Shown here: positions 15,156 to 34,702 of the stretch, in pieces | Position numbering within the stretch: position 1 is the stretch's first letter | Layout: every line of letters begins with the position of its first letter | Assembly: GCF_009914755.1 (NCBI RefSeq) | Contig: NC_060935.1 | Reading direction: 5' to 3' (one strand) | Source: the human T2T-CHM13v2.0 reference genome, Homo sapiens | Length of the DNA stretch: 64,000 bases | Made by a program: the position numbers and the translations under genes | Notes under the pieces: model-generated | Told to the model about the DNA's origin: nothing | Database searches by the model: none | What the model saw: only the letters and a program-made list of their open reading frames with translations

Positions 15156-17674
15156 GTGTGCATGAGAATGGGGAGAGAGTGTGCACGGGAAAGTACCTGT
15201 AGTTACTAGGAAATGAGAAAAATAAGTCTGCCTTCTTAGAATTCATCAGTAATTCCATCACAAGACATCAGAAGAGGGACATAAAAAGACACCCTTATAG
15301 GAAACAATGATTCCCAAACATTTGAGATTTGACTGATTTAACCTAATTACAAATATAAGCCATGGAAAATAATTACTATTTATTGATGACCAAGCACATA
15401 CCATAAACTTACAACAATCTTCATATGCATTATTTAATATTCAAAGCACCTATGAGTATTTTTATTCACCTTTTGTAGATGAAATATCTGAAATTCAAAG
15501 AGATTACACAACTTGCCATATCATAAAATTATTGGTTGAGAAAAGATTTCATTTCAATCCAGGATTAAAATTCATGATTATAAACAGATGTACTCCCCCC
15601 AACACACACACATAAAATCACCACTTACAGGAGGAGATAAAGGCGAACAACACAAGAGACTTGAAGGACAACAATAATCAAGCAGGTCTATAGAGAAGAC
15701 CCTACTAGCCTGCTAAGTACCATGATTTAATGAACTGTTTTTTAACAAATTAATAATTTAACCAATTAATAAATTGGTTTTTTTGGAGATTGATATTTAT
15801 CTATCCAAACTTAAGACACGAAATTTTTGAATTTTGTAGTTAAGCCTTTTCCTCTTGTTTGTTGTTTACCCAGAAATATAATCATGATATGTTTCTCCCC
15901 AGGTAGTGTTTACTATTCAAGTTGACAAGATAATTTGTGCCAATGCAATAATTCTATTTCTCATTGGAAATTAATAACATCACACATACATTTCAATGTG
16001 TTGGTTACTGTAAACTCATCTTTGAGAGAAAAAACCACGCTGAAGGAGGTGCTCAGGTATGACAGTGAACAGGATAAGCATTTTCTCAAATCTCACAGTG
16101 ATCAGGACAACAGGCTAAACAAATAATTACATGCATTAATTTGCTTTAGAGAGTAAGTTTGGGGTGGTAGGAATAGGAACCACTTTAATGGAGAAGAACT
16201 AAAATAATCTGGAAAATTAGTTTAATTGAGACCAGAAAGATAAACTAGAAATGGCCAGATAAAAGGAGGAGTAAGCTCAATAAATAGGTGTTTGACTTAT
16301 GAACTCTACTTGCAAAAATATTATATCCTTTTGGATCCAAATCCTGAATATTTTTCTGCTTCACTGACGTCTTACCAGTCCTACAGTCACTCTCTAGACC
16401 CAAATATCAACATTTCAATAACATCTTAATGGACTTCCCCACATTATTCAGCCCTCTTCTAATTCATTCTCCATATTACATCAATATTAAGTCAACTTTC
16501 ATCATGCTATTTTCATGATGATAAAATCCGAACACTCATATTGCCTGTAAAACACTGTGTAATATGATCTTCATTTTCAACTTTACATTGAATATATTCA
16601 ATCATTGTTCTCTTGTTCTGTTCCAACCAAAATGACCTCCTTTCAGTTCCTCGAAGATGCAAGGATCACTCCAACCTCAAGGCCTTAACAAATGCTGTTT
16701 CACATGTCCTGGAAGCTTTTCCCCATGCACTTTCCCTTCACTGGGCTAGTTATTTATCCACCAACTCTTGGTGGATATTAAATATTATTTAAATATTACT
16801 GCCTTATGGATCCCCCTAACCCCTTAGCCTGAATGAGGATCTACTAATACTTACCTAACATTCTCTAGTGATCTTGTCTAACATCTTGCAGAGTTATGAT
16901 TAAATGATCTAACATAAATGGAAAAGTATGCATTTATTGCCTTTCTTCTATGTTATTATGTAAATTCCATGAAACATGACCATCTCTCCTATTCTTTAAT
17001 ATATTCAAGGCACCCAGCATGATGTTTAGCAAATATTAGGCATACAACTAATATTTTTGCCATAACCAAAACCATCAGCATAACAGCATCAGCATTCCTT
17101 CCACAAGCTTTTGCAAAATTGGATGACACACATGGTAGGGTACATGTGACTAGCATACACCTATTCAACCTATGTTTGTTTGCCATTGTATCTAGATCCA
17201 TAGCAGCCTCACAGTACCATCTTGTAGCATGGACCACACTGGAGGCTTGATTCTTTTTAGATGAAACTGAATTCCAGTCCAAACCCTCTCTTCATGCCTC
17301 ACATAAAATCCTCATAAAGTGATTTACTCACTTTTCTACCTTAATTAATCCAAGTCCATGCGCAGTAGAGAAATCTTTAGCTCTATAGGCTGTGTTAGAG
17401 AATCCTTTTCTTGGATACCACAGACAGTAATCATGACATCTCAGTGGATTATAACTATTTCCCCCCAGTAATAACATTCATGTATACTTATTGAGAGCTT
17501 TATGTGTTGACTAATTCTATAAACTCGTTTAAATTTGAAAACATTATGAAACAGATTCATATTTTGCATATCAAAATGGAGCCACTGTGAGTTAAATAAC
17601 TTATCTATAGTCACAAATCACACAAGTGACAACACCAGCATTTGAACCTAGGTACTCTTAGCTGTTATGCTGTA

Positions 17675-17693
17675 TGGCCACAAGGGGGCACTC
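17675..17693 (+). promoter_or_regulatory. Candidate CTCF site
   Basis: TGGCCACAAGGGGGCACTC closely matches the CTCF core TGGCCACCAGGGGGCGCTA. Confidence 0.6.
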
Positions 17694-18189
17694 AGAGGGT
17701 AAATGCCTGTTTGTATCATACTCCAAGGATTCCCTTCCATGCTGAAGGGGTCTGACATGTTTAGGTGCCCAAAAAATAGTCACTGGATGAAAGAATGAGC
17801 CTCCTTTGTGACTTGGTATCTCTTAGGTCTCCAGCCTAAACTAAGACCATCAGTATTTCATGTATTTACACTGAACAAGCCGATAAGAGGAAGGACAAGA
17901 ACTGTAAGACTTTTCACAGTGATGTCACCAACCCAAAATAATACCAGTCTTGGATTTGGGATTCAGACTATGTGAGTTTCATCTTCTGTTCTTTGACTTA
18001 CTAGTTGTGTTATCCTAGACAAGTTACTTAATCTGTTCTTTACACTTCAGTGTCTTCAGCTGTAAAACAAGAATAATATTTTACCTATATCATTAGCTTG
18101 CTGATATGTTACAGAGTTAGATAGCTAACTAGCTAGGTAAAGTAAAATATCCTCTGAAGTTTACCTAGCACATTAACAGGCCATCAAAA

Positions 18190-18450
18190 AACAGGAAGAT
18201 ATTGGTCAAAAGGTACAAAGTTTCCGTTATACAAGATGAATAAGTCCTAAAGATCTACTGTACAAAATAATGCCTATAGTTAACAATACTGTTTTGTATA
18301 TTTTAAAATGTGCCGAGAGGGTAGATCTTAAGTGTTTTCATCATCATAAATAAATAGAGTGGGAAGGAACTTTTAGAGGTGATGTATATGTTTATGATAT
18401 GGATTGTAGTGATGGTTTCATGGCTGTATACTTATATCCAAACTCATCAA
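18190..18450 (+). mobile_element. L1MA-type 3' end fragment
   Basis: ttggtcaaaaggtacaaagtttc...gatctactgtac...gagggtagatcttaagtgtt resembles an L1MA 3'UTR. Confidence 0.7.
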
Positions 18451-18772
18451 CTGAATTTCGTGAGCGCCAGGGGAGATGAGTCTCTTGGGGGCCCCATGAG
18501 TAGTGATGGTGGGCCCTTTGCAGCCAATAACCACATCTGGAGAAAATGGCTCTGACAGGAAAGAGAAACACTTATCCCTTGAGATGAGCACAGACGTGCA
18601 CTTGGAGAGCACCTCAGTGGGGAACCAGTGGGCACCACAATCCTACCGGTCACCTTGAGGCTCACCTCCTTGAAGCTCCCAGGTTCATTCCTCGGAGCAT
18701 TCCTGCCTGCATTCATCTCAAAATCTGTCCTCTTTCTGTCTCAGTTTATTACAAACCTAATTTATATGTATT

Positions 18773-24810
<6,038 letters not shown>

Positions 24811-25009
24811 GTAGAAAGTACAGCTAAAAAAAAAAAGAAGAGAAAAGGAAGACAAGGAAAGAAGTGAAAAAGAGATCAGAATAGAGGAAAAGACAGGCTA
24901 GCTGTTTAATTTCAAATTCCCTTGAAAACTCACTGGAAAATTTCCCTTGCTCATTTTTTTCTCAATTATCAACTGCTTCTTATCTTTCCCTCAATAGATG
25001 GACCACAGA

Positions 25010-25408
25010 TCAAATCCTTAGGGGATGCCACCTGGGTTTTCCCACCTGCACATCACAGAAAGTCAATAAATAACCCCGTTTACCAATCCCCTTGACTAGA
25101 GGAGGCAGAAATACAGAGCTGAACTGAAGACATTAGCCCAGAAAACTGAGAAAGGACAAGACATTTCAACACGAATTACACATTCAGACCCTCCACTCTC
25201 TCATACCATACTCCCTTGAACCTGCAGAGAAACACAGCCTTCACTTCCCTAAACAAAACTTTGCATCCAGACACACACCTCCTGCCAAAGCCACTGCACC
25301 ACCACACTCTTTCTCCCACACAGTTTCACCCTCATACACACACCTTTACACCGAGGTCCAACTTCTGCATGCTCCACCTGCAAACTCATGTCTCTTGTGC
25401 AGGTAAGT
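25010..25408 (+). promoter_or_regulatory. Candidate OR52D1 promoter/5' non-coding exon
   Basis: Consensus donor CAG|GTAAGT at 25402/25403 and an O/E-like TCCTTAGGGGA near 25015; a matching acceptor lies just before the OR52D1 ATG (29974); inferred only. Confidence 0.3.
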
Positions 25409-26779
25409 TCTTGAAATCAGATTCCTCAGCAATATGTTCAGTCAATGAACTCACAGCTAAGTTACTGACATCTAGGTGTAAGATGGGGACCCAGACACAG
25501 GATCCTGCAACAAGTTAGGAAGGGTGCCTGTATTGTGAACCTAAATGATACTCAAGTTCAATATCGTTTTCCCACTGTTTTCTAAAGGGAAATAAATGGG
25601 ACCTGCTCCTGCCTCAATCTTTCTGGTCCACACATCCTTAGATAATCACAGAGTAGCAGTTACCTTACAACAGTTATTTTAAAGCTTTCTTAGAGGGCAA
25701 GAATAGGCCAGAAAGAAAGGAGAAAAGAAGATGGTAGTGATTCCAGCTCTCTAGACTCTGTCGTCCAAGCTTGTTTCCCCTATTAACACAGGTCAGTGCC
25801 AATGCTGAGCCCAAAACCATCTAGTGTCATCACTAAAAAATATCAGTGCAATGCATTATGATAATATCTAATTTTATATAGTACTCCACAAAGACATGTG
25901 TTCACTTGATCTTCCCAATACTTCTGTCAGAAGTAGAGGAGGACTTGTCTTCTTCGGTTTACCAATGGGAGAGGTTAAATGACCTGCCCAAGGACACAAA
26001 GCCAGGAAGTAGCAAACCTGGGCCTTGGCCCTTGTCTTTGAACAACAAACCCGACGGTATTACCACAGTACCAACTTGCCTCTGGCTAAATAAACAAACA
26101 TTACATATGTATTATTTCAAAATATTATTATGGGCAATGTGAGAATAAACCTGCCTTTTAAAAAAGTTTTTATGCTCCAATACATGTTATACAGTATCAA
26201 TATTCTTCATAGCTTTATAGGTTTTGGTTGATTTTAGCACTTTCAGATTTGACAAACTGGCATTATACAGATTGGCTACTCTTTCTCTGGCAATGAAAAG
26301 TACATCATCTACATAACCTGCAAAGAATATGGTACCCTAACTATGATTTCAAAAGAATAAGTCAGAAGCAGATTTCCCATCATAGCACCCCTCCACCAAA
26401 GGTGATGGAAGGTAGATCTCTGCTGTTCTCCCCTTCACTCTTAGCCCAGCAAAAGAAAAAGGATAAAAGAATACACAGTACACAAATCCTGCAAAATTTT
26501 ACCAAAGCACATATGACATAAAAATAACCTTCCTCTCACGTTTTCTAAGTGCATCAAAAAGAAGGTTAACAGTAATAATATCAAGAATTGAGGCAACGTT
26601 CAGAAGTTATAATAGTGAGAGCTCTAGAAATAGATGTATCTTTCCCACAAAAAATGTGTTAATTGTTTCTCCAGCTATTCAGCCTTGCATCCCTGGTGCC
26701 GTCAGCATAAGCACCTGATGGACTCTGCTTGGGCTGAGCAATGAATTTGAGCCTGAACTTGCAGATCACCAGCAATGTG

Positions 26780-27710
26780 ATTTCTCCCTTAAGGATCCCC
26801 CTCCAACTCAGAGTGAAAGTCAAAGTCCCTTCTGTGGCCTAAGGATCTAGCCTATCTTGCCTATGCTCCTTGCACCCCCACTTCTAGTCCTCCAGCACAA
26901 AAGCCTCTTTGCTGCTTCCAAACCCATCAGGCAGGCCTATGTCTCAAAGCCTTTGCACTTGCTGTCCCCCTGTCTGAAATGTTCTTCCTTCTGAGATCTG
27001 CATGGCTAGCTCTTTTGACTCAAGGCTTTGCTCAAATACTACCTTCCCAGCAAAGATTTCCCTGGATGTCTGTTACAGGCTGAATTGTGTTGGTCTCCAC
27101 ACCCCCAAATTCATATGTCAAGGTCTTAATTAACCCTCAGCATCTCAGAATGTGACTGTATTTAAAGATAAGATCTTTAAAGATGTGATAGTTTTTTTAA
27201 AAAATGTGGTCACTAGGATGTGCCCTAATCCGATATGGCTGTTGACCTTTTAACAAGGGGAGATGAGGGCACAGGCAGAGAGGGAAGACCAACTGAAGAC
27301 ACAAAGGGGGGTCATCTACAAGGCAAGGAGAAAGGACTCACAAAGAACCAAACCTGCCAACATCGCGATATCAGACTTCTAGCCTCCAGAACTGTGAGAG
27401 AATATGTTTCTGTTATTTAAGCCTCTCAGTCTGTGGTGCTTTGTGGTGACAGCCCTAGCAAACTAATACAATGCCCTAATTAGAATTTACCCCACTCCCA
27501 CTACCTCTTTTTCTTTCTGTTTTATTTTTTCAAAGTCCTTATCATTATCTAACATATATTTTACTTCTGCATTTTGTTTGCTATTTATCTGCCTTTGCTA
27601 AAATCTAAGCTCTTTCACGGCAGGGATTTTTGTCTGATTGTTCATTGCTGTTACCCCAGTTCCACACAGTGACTGGTCCATGGTATGTGCCCGCTAAATA
27701 CTGTTGGGTT
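26780..27710 (-). mobile_element. L2 fragment interrupted by MLT1
   Basis: Typical L2 3' sequence (gcctttgcacttgctgt..., ctaagctc...gcagggatttt) on both sides of the LTR. Confidence 0.6.
27071..27470 (+). mobile_element. MLT1 (MaLR) solo LTR
   Basis: TGTTACAGGCTGAATTGTG...GCAAACTAATACA termini; near-TSD ATGTC/ATGCC. Confidence 0.85.
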
Positions 27711-29979
27711 ACTGGAGACCTGAGGAGGAGGAGAGGGAAGAAATGTGGGGGCATGTGACACGAAAATGATAAGACTCTGCTTTGGGAGAGCTTCTCTGGA
27801 AACTTCTTGACTCACTTCTGAGATTGAGCAGCCACAAGTAGCTCTTTAGCTTCTAAGTTTGCCTAAGACATCTACAGAGCACACAATGGGCATCCCCGCC
27901 CCTGCATTCATCATTGTTTCCAGTCTCTCCTCTGCATTTTAAACCAAAGCAGAGGGTAGGAAGGCAGATGAGCTAAGTGTCTGGGCTAGATAGGAACCTC
28001 TAGCACAGCCCTGCACTGGCTGATGCCCATGACTTTTTGTTTGCTCTGTATCTTTTGTCTCATAACTTCCTAAACACCATCGGTCATCAGTTATCTTTAC
28101 TGCAGTAAAATCGTGTTTCTTTGTATTACAGTCCTAGGTGCTCTGTTATGGTAGGAATCAATAAGATGCCTCCTGTTCTTACAAAAAAAAAAATCTCAAT
28201 GCAAATAAAGGGGACTTCCTAATTCCACCTCTTTGGAGCTAAGATAATGAGTAAAGATACTTCAGCACTAGGAATTGATATTAGACAAAAAAGATATTAG
28301 CCTCATTTGAAAGAGATAGGAATTCAAGTATTGGACTTATTAATGGACAGTAGGGTGAGGCAAAAACGCCAAACTCTGAATCAAGGGACATGAGACCTAA
28401 TCATAGTTCTGCAAATAAAATGCCTCGTGATCTAAATTATATCAGTTCACTTCTCTGGGATTGGTCTTTTCATTGGTTAGGGATGTAAATGATAACTGTA
28501 CTCTCTTTTATCGAGAGTATATGTTGTTAAAATATAAATATCTTATTTTTTTAGGAAAAAATAGGGGAATTATTCTGGGTATACAAATGTTTAATTCCAT
28601 GAATAGTCATCTTTTGTCAACCACAAAATTTTGTGAAGTTAGGTCAGATGGTGTCATTCCCAATTTAAAGATAAAAACTAAGGCACAAAAAGGCTTTGGA
28701 ATTTTTTTCAATGCCACATACTGAGCAGACAGAAAATCAGAGAATGACTACATTCATTGCCGTTTCTAAATTGAGACTGTCCAGATAAGTAACAGATTTG
28801 TTCAAAGTCACAAATCAATAATGTTACAGAATCGGGGCTAAAATTCAGATTTCTTGGCATTTCTACTCAGAATTCTTTTAGGGATACATGTTACTGAGAC
28901 AATGTGTATAATACTAGCTATCCCTCTACAGCAAGAACAGAATCCCCTTCCAGTCCCTTTATGGGTGGTAAATCCAGAATACCTCACTTTTTATATCTGT
29001 CTCTAATAGCACTTGCCATTCTGATCTGACCTCACAGCCAGCCATTATAGTGGTGGATTGGAGGACTATACGCTGGCTTTGCCATGGTTGAGTGCAGTAT
29101 CCTCAACAAGCATATCTGATTTACCTCACACTTCCTTCTGGTATACCCATGTGAATGCTCAAATTGCTGTATATATTCAATCATGATATGAAAGCATATT
29201 CAGGTTGCCTAGCCTCTTCATAGGCACTTCAGACGATATATATATACAAAAGTGATTTGGTATATATTTGGCACATAACAAATGCAGAAAAAAGTTAATG
29301 CATCATTATATCATTAATTTAAAACATCAATGCCATGTTACTAAGAATGATCAGAATTTAGTCTTTATTGAAGTTGTCAAAATGTCTAGGTACAAATACA
29401 GTCATGGGCAGTGTAGAGGTTACAGTTGCATAAAGACATAGTTCTAACCCAGCAGAATTTTGTAAGATAGTGGAAGTAGGAAAAATACAAAATTAGAGAT
29501 TACCAAGACCAGTTTAGAAAGGGAAGGCCTCTGGGAAGCAGGGAAACTTGTATTAAAACTTAATAGAGAGGAGGAAAATAAAGGAATGAGACTCCCTAGG
29601 TAAGAGAAAAGGCATGAATGAGAGGTAAGAAATATCCCATGATGTGGATGGACTAGAGGTCAATAAATGATGTGCAGGATATGGAGGGAGATAAGTCTGG
29701 AAAGGTCAGTTTGAGAAGACTAATAAATACTTAGCTTGGTGCTTTGGATATAGAACTCAAAACATCATTGTTCAATATAGAAATTAGCAGGAGGTTTTAA
29801 AATGAATTATATGTGGTAGTCATTTCAGATGTTTGTACAAGTGAAAAACAAATTTTTTTAGTCCAAAAAAGATTATTTCACAGAAAGATCTTTGTTTTAC
29901 ATAAATCAACCAAATATCTGATGTTACAGGGCAAGCATAACAATACTATTCAGAAAGAGCCCTTCATTTGCCAGGAAGA

Positions 29980-30936
29980 ATGTCAGATTCCAACCTCAGT
30001 GATAACCATCTTCCAGACACCTTCTTCTTAACAGGGATCCCAGGGCTGGAGGCTGCCCACTTCTGGATTGCCATCCCTTTCTGTGCCATGTATCTTGTAG
30101 CACTGGTTGGAAATGCTGCCCTCATCCTGGTCATTGCCATGGACAATGCTCTTCATGCACCTATGTACCTCTTCCTCTGCCTTCTCTCACTCACAGACCT
30201 GGCTCTCAGTTCTACCACTGTGCCCAAGATGCTGGCCATTTTGTGGCTCCATGCTGGTGAGATTTCCTTTGGTGGATGCCTGGCCCAGATGTTTTGTGTC
30301 CATTCTATCTATGCTCTGGAGTCCTCGATTCTACTTGCCATGGCCTTTGATAGGTATGTGGCTATCTGTAACCCATTAAGGTATACAACCATTCTCAACC
30401 ATGCTGTCATAGGCAGAATTGGCTTTGTTGGGCTATTCCGTAGTGTGGCTATTGTCTCCCCCTTCATCTTCTTGCTGAGGCGACTCCCCTACTGTGGTCA
30501 CCGTGTCATGACACACACATACTGTGAGCATATGGGCATCGCCCGACTGGCCTGTGCCAACATCACTGTCAATATTGTCTATGGGCTAACTGTGGCTCTG
30601 CTGGCCATGGGACTGGATTCCATTCTCATTGCCATTTCCTATGGCTTTATCCTCCATGCAGTCTTTCACCTTCCATCTCATGATGCCCAGCACAAAGCTC
30701 TGAGTACCTGTGGCTCCCACATTGGCATCACCCTGGTTTTCTACATCCCTGCCTTCTTCTCCTTCCTCACCCACCGCTTTGGTCACCACGAAGTCCCCAA
30801 GCATGTGCACATCTTTCTGGCTAATCTCTATGTGCTGGTGCCTCCTGTACTCAATCCTATTCTCTATGGAGCTAGAACCAAGGAGATTCGGAGTCGACTT
30901 CTAAAACTGCTTCACCTGGGGAAGACTTCAATATGA
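29980..30936 (+). CDS. OR52D1: Olfactory receptor 52D1, 318 aa, intact class I OR
   Basis: ATG at 29980 (MSDSNLSDNHLPDTFFLTGIPG); LHAPMY, MAFDRYVAICNPLRY, KALSTCGSH and PPVLNPILY motifs; acceptor ttgccag at 29974. Confidence 0.96.
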   Translation: MSDSNLSDNHLPDTFFLTGIPGLEAAHFWIAIPFCAMYLVALVGNAALILVIAMDNALHAPMYLFLCLLSLTDLALSSTTVPKMLAILWLHAGEISFGGCLAQMFCVHSIYALESSILLAMAFDRYVAICNPLRYTTILNHAVIGRIGFVGLFRSVAIVSPFIFLLRRLPYCGHRVMTHTYCEHMGIARLACANITVNIVYGLTVALLAMGLDSILIAISYGFILHAVFHLPSHDAQHKALSTCGSHIGITLVFYIPAFFSFLTHRFGHHEVPKHVHIFLANLYVLVPPVLNPILYGARTKEIRSRLLKLLHLGKTSI

Positions 30937-33506
30937 ATGCTGAGCAGAAGTTGGAGATTTAAAAAAAAGTATAGGATGGCTGTCTAGATACATTTACATG
31001 GACACACAGTGATGATGTGAAAGGAATGGTATGACATGGCAGGAAACTCTGGAAGGAAGAGGAATAGCCAGATGAATCAGAGCTATCAATTATCACACTG
31101 AACATACTATTTTCCTGAGGCTCCTTGGGGAACTCTGAATACCCCAGAAAGGTGATAATATTCTCACACTTGTCTTAAAAGTGTCTGTGACTTACTAAGG
31201 AGAAAGTCAATTCCTGGTCTTCAGAGGCATCTGGATTTAAGGGTAGGAATATTCTCCTGTGAGTCCAAGTGAAAAACAAAGAGAAGGTTTGGAATGAATT
31301 TGAGTCTGAATTCCACCACTTTGAATATTGATGTATTGGTTAAAAGCACAAAGTATAAAGTCAGAGTGCCTGCGTTTGAATCCTGGCTCCTCTACTTGTG
31401 ACCTTGAGCATGTTTGAAATGTTTCTGTGCCTCAGTTTGGCCAACTGTTAAATGGGGATAAAAATAACATCTACCTTTGAATGTTGTAGTGAGAAATAAA
31501 TAAGTTAGAAAAATTAAGACAGTGACTAACATGTACTCAATAAATGAATATAAAATGAGGAAGTTATGTAACCTCTCTAAACATTACTAGTAAAGACACT
31601 TATATAAAACTTTTTTTACATTACCTCACATCACAGGGTTATTGTGATAACAATTCTATAATATTTTTAAAGTGCTAGAGATATGACTGGTACTTAATAC
31701 AACTGTATATTCTTTCACTCCTCCCACACTCATCCATTTTGAGTTCTCTTTCCTTTTAGTTATAAGGTTATCCCTTATTAAGAATTCAGGGGAGCCAGCC
31801 CCAAATCCAAGTTCCTTTTTTAATAATAATGCTTTAGTAATCTCAGTTCTGAAATAAATAAGTCCAGCCATCTCCTTCCAACTGTTCAAAGAGATGATTG
31901 TTGTTATTTGCATTATAAATTAAAAGCCTGTCATTCAGGAAGACTAATAGCCTAAGGTTATGGCATTTATTGACAATATCTCATACATTGTCCAGTATTT
32001 TATTATGGGAAGATTATGAGATCTGTGTGCAGATGACCATGGACTTCCTTATCTACTAGCTGCAAGAATTAGGGCATCCCACTTTACTGCCCTCAGCATT
32101 AGTGAAGTGTTTATTATAATCTCAGGAACAAAGCAAGCATTCAATTCTGACTGCTGGCAGTTGGTAGTATTCAGCTAATAATTTTTAAATTTATAAAGGT
32201 ATGCTAGATTTTATAGCTGCATGGCTTAATCTGCAGTGTTCATTTATTTGCTTTTGAATTGATAACCATTTTAATACTTCATCAGACTAGGCATTTCATC
32301 TGTGCCTTGCACATAAGTAATAAGCACTCAAAATATTATGGGAAAAGTGTTAGAGATTATACTGGTATGTATCATAGTCTTAGTTGATTTAATGAATAAA
32401 TACTGTCTTCATTATGCTAATGTGTAGGGTAATGAAAATATATGTCTACACAGTGTCTGGCACACAGTAGGTACTCAGTAATTTGATTCTTGTTTATTCA
32501 TATTACACTGAGGCTGTTCAGATACAGTCACATCCACAAGAATCATGACGAAGAGTATTTTTACCTAGAAAAGCAATTACAAGAAAAAGTATCACAAGTT
32601 CATGGGTAAGACAACAGGGTAAGTGTCAGCTGTGGCCATGGAGAGCTCCTAGTTCAGTTGTGGAGGTAAATTCATGCACAAGGAGCTGTCACAGGTCAGG
32701 GACAGTCATGTCTTGGCCCAGAGAAGCTCAGAGGAGAATGATCAGAGGGGTGGAACAGATTGGAAGAGGAGGAGGTACCAGGCAATGGTGCAGGAAGGAG
32801 ACAGCAAAGAGGATTACTGAAAGAGCTTGAGGAAGCTGGGGGTGATTACATTTCGAGGGGGCCTCAAAAGCCAGGCCCAGATAAGAAGACACGGGCAGCC
32901 CTTACAAATAAGTCAGGCTCCACTGAAATAGTGATGGATCAATCTCAATCAATTGTTACTGAAGTTTGAAGTAAAGCAATGCAAATGACTAACACAGAAA
33001 GGCAGAATTTCCCAAAGTGAAATTTCCCTGATTACCAATCCCAGTGTACAGCATCATCTTTCCCTAAAAAGGCATAAAATATGGTTTTACCTATGCACTA
33101 AAAAGAAATTCAGCTTTTGAGTATAGATAGATGTCACCAGCCCTAGAGCATGTGCAAATCATTTAGACTGCTGCATGAACCTGATCCTGCTAGAGCCTTA
33201 AACAGTCCTTCTCCTGGACCACTTTGAGAAATGAGTTCACAGTTTGGCACATAAATCAGTGCAACTGCCAAATTGCAAAGAAGACTTAACCTCAGAATCT
33301 TGACCTATTAGGTAAATTTGTTCCTTTATCCCCAAGTCTAGCTGTTTCAATTTGTGCTGAGGGAGACTCTCTTAATTCAATTTTAAGTAATTCAGCACTG
33401 GTAAGGCCCTGAAGAACTACCCTGCCAAGTTCTCCCCAATTCCATAGCACATCTCCAGAACCAGAATTCACCTCACCCCACCAAGTCTGTCTCTCTCACA
33501 AAATAA

Positions 33507-33533
33507 ACACACACACACACTCACTCACACACA
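33507..33533. repeat. Interrupted (CA)n microsatellite
   Basis: acacacacacacactcactcacacaca. Confidence 0.85.
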
Positions 33534-33951
33534 TTTTCTTGTATATGTAGAATTCAAAAAAACAAAAAATAAATTCTTCCCTCTGAGCTCTGAAGAAACT
33601 CACCCTGTTTTCTCTTTCTTCCATCTCACTCCATGTTATTTGACTTTATTGTGATGTGCTAACAATGGTTCTCAGCAGCAGAGAGACACTCAATTTGCTC
33701 TTATTATAAATATATTAATAGATAATTTCTTCATTGTGATTTAGATTATTCTCTTAATTTTTCTCTCTGAGACTCTAAATTCCCAAAGAGTTGGAACTTA
33801 ATTGGTCCCTTTCTCTGTGTAAAGGCAAGACAAGACACACTTTCTGTTCACCTGTTCCAAGGGAATTGATTGATTCTGACTACAGAGCAGCATAGAGCCA
33901 AGATTACCAACTCTGGAATCCAAGAGCTCTGGTTCCTACATCTTTGTTAAT

Positions 33952-34229
<278 letters not shown>

Positions 34230-34538
34230 TAAACAGCAACAGAAACAAAATTAATGTCTTTATCTGGAAACATGTTTAACATCAGTCTGATCCACCGTTG
34301 AAAAATCCTACCGTTTGAGTTTGATAAAGGAATATGGCTGAATGGAAAAGACATTGATCCTAAGAGCTAGCTTAGGAAATATTGATTTCAGTCACCTATC
34401 TTCCACTAAATTGCTGTACACTGGCCATGGCCCAGCCAAGGCCTCGAGTCCTTGTTCATATAGGAACAGAATGAAGATATGTATAATTAGTCCACCCCAT
34501 CTCACTGGGGTCTGAAAGCAGCTTGCACTTCTGAGACC

Positions 34539-34702
34539 TCAAGCTTGAGAAATCGATCTACCTGATTCTAAAGAGACATCATCATGTTCCCCATATCAAG
34601 GTTGAGAAATCGATCTGCCTTTTTCTAAAAAGTCATCATCATGTTCCCCTCTCAAGTTTGAGAAATCTATCTATACCATTCTAAAAAGACATTATTTTCC
34701 CC
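34539..34702. repeat. Tandem repeat, three copies of a 56-57 bp unit
   Basis: Units start at 34539, 34596 and 34652: tcaagNttgagaaatcNatct...ttctaaa.ag.catcat...ttcccc. Confidence 0.9.

Noticed and set aside
34539-34702. CRISPR-like repeat array
   Set aside because: Whole units are homologous with no unique spacers, there are no cas genes, and the context is mammalian.
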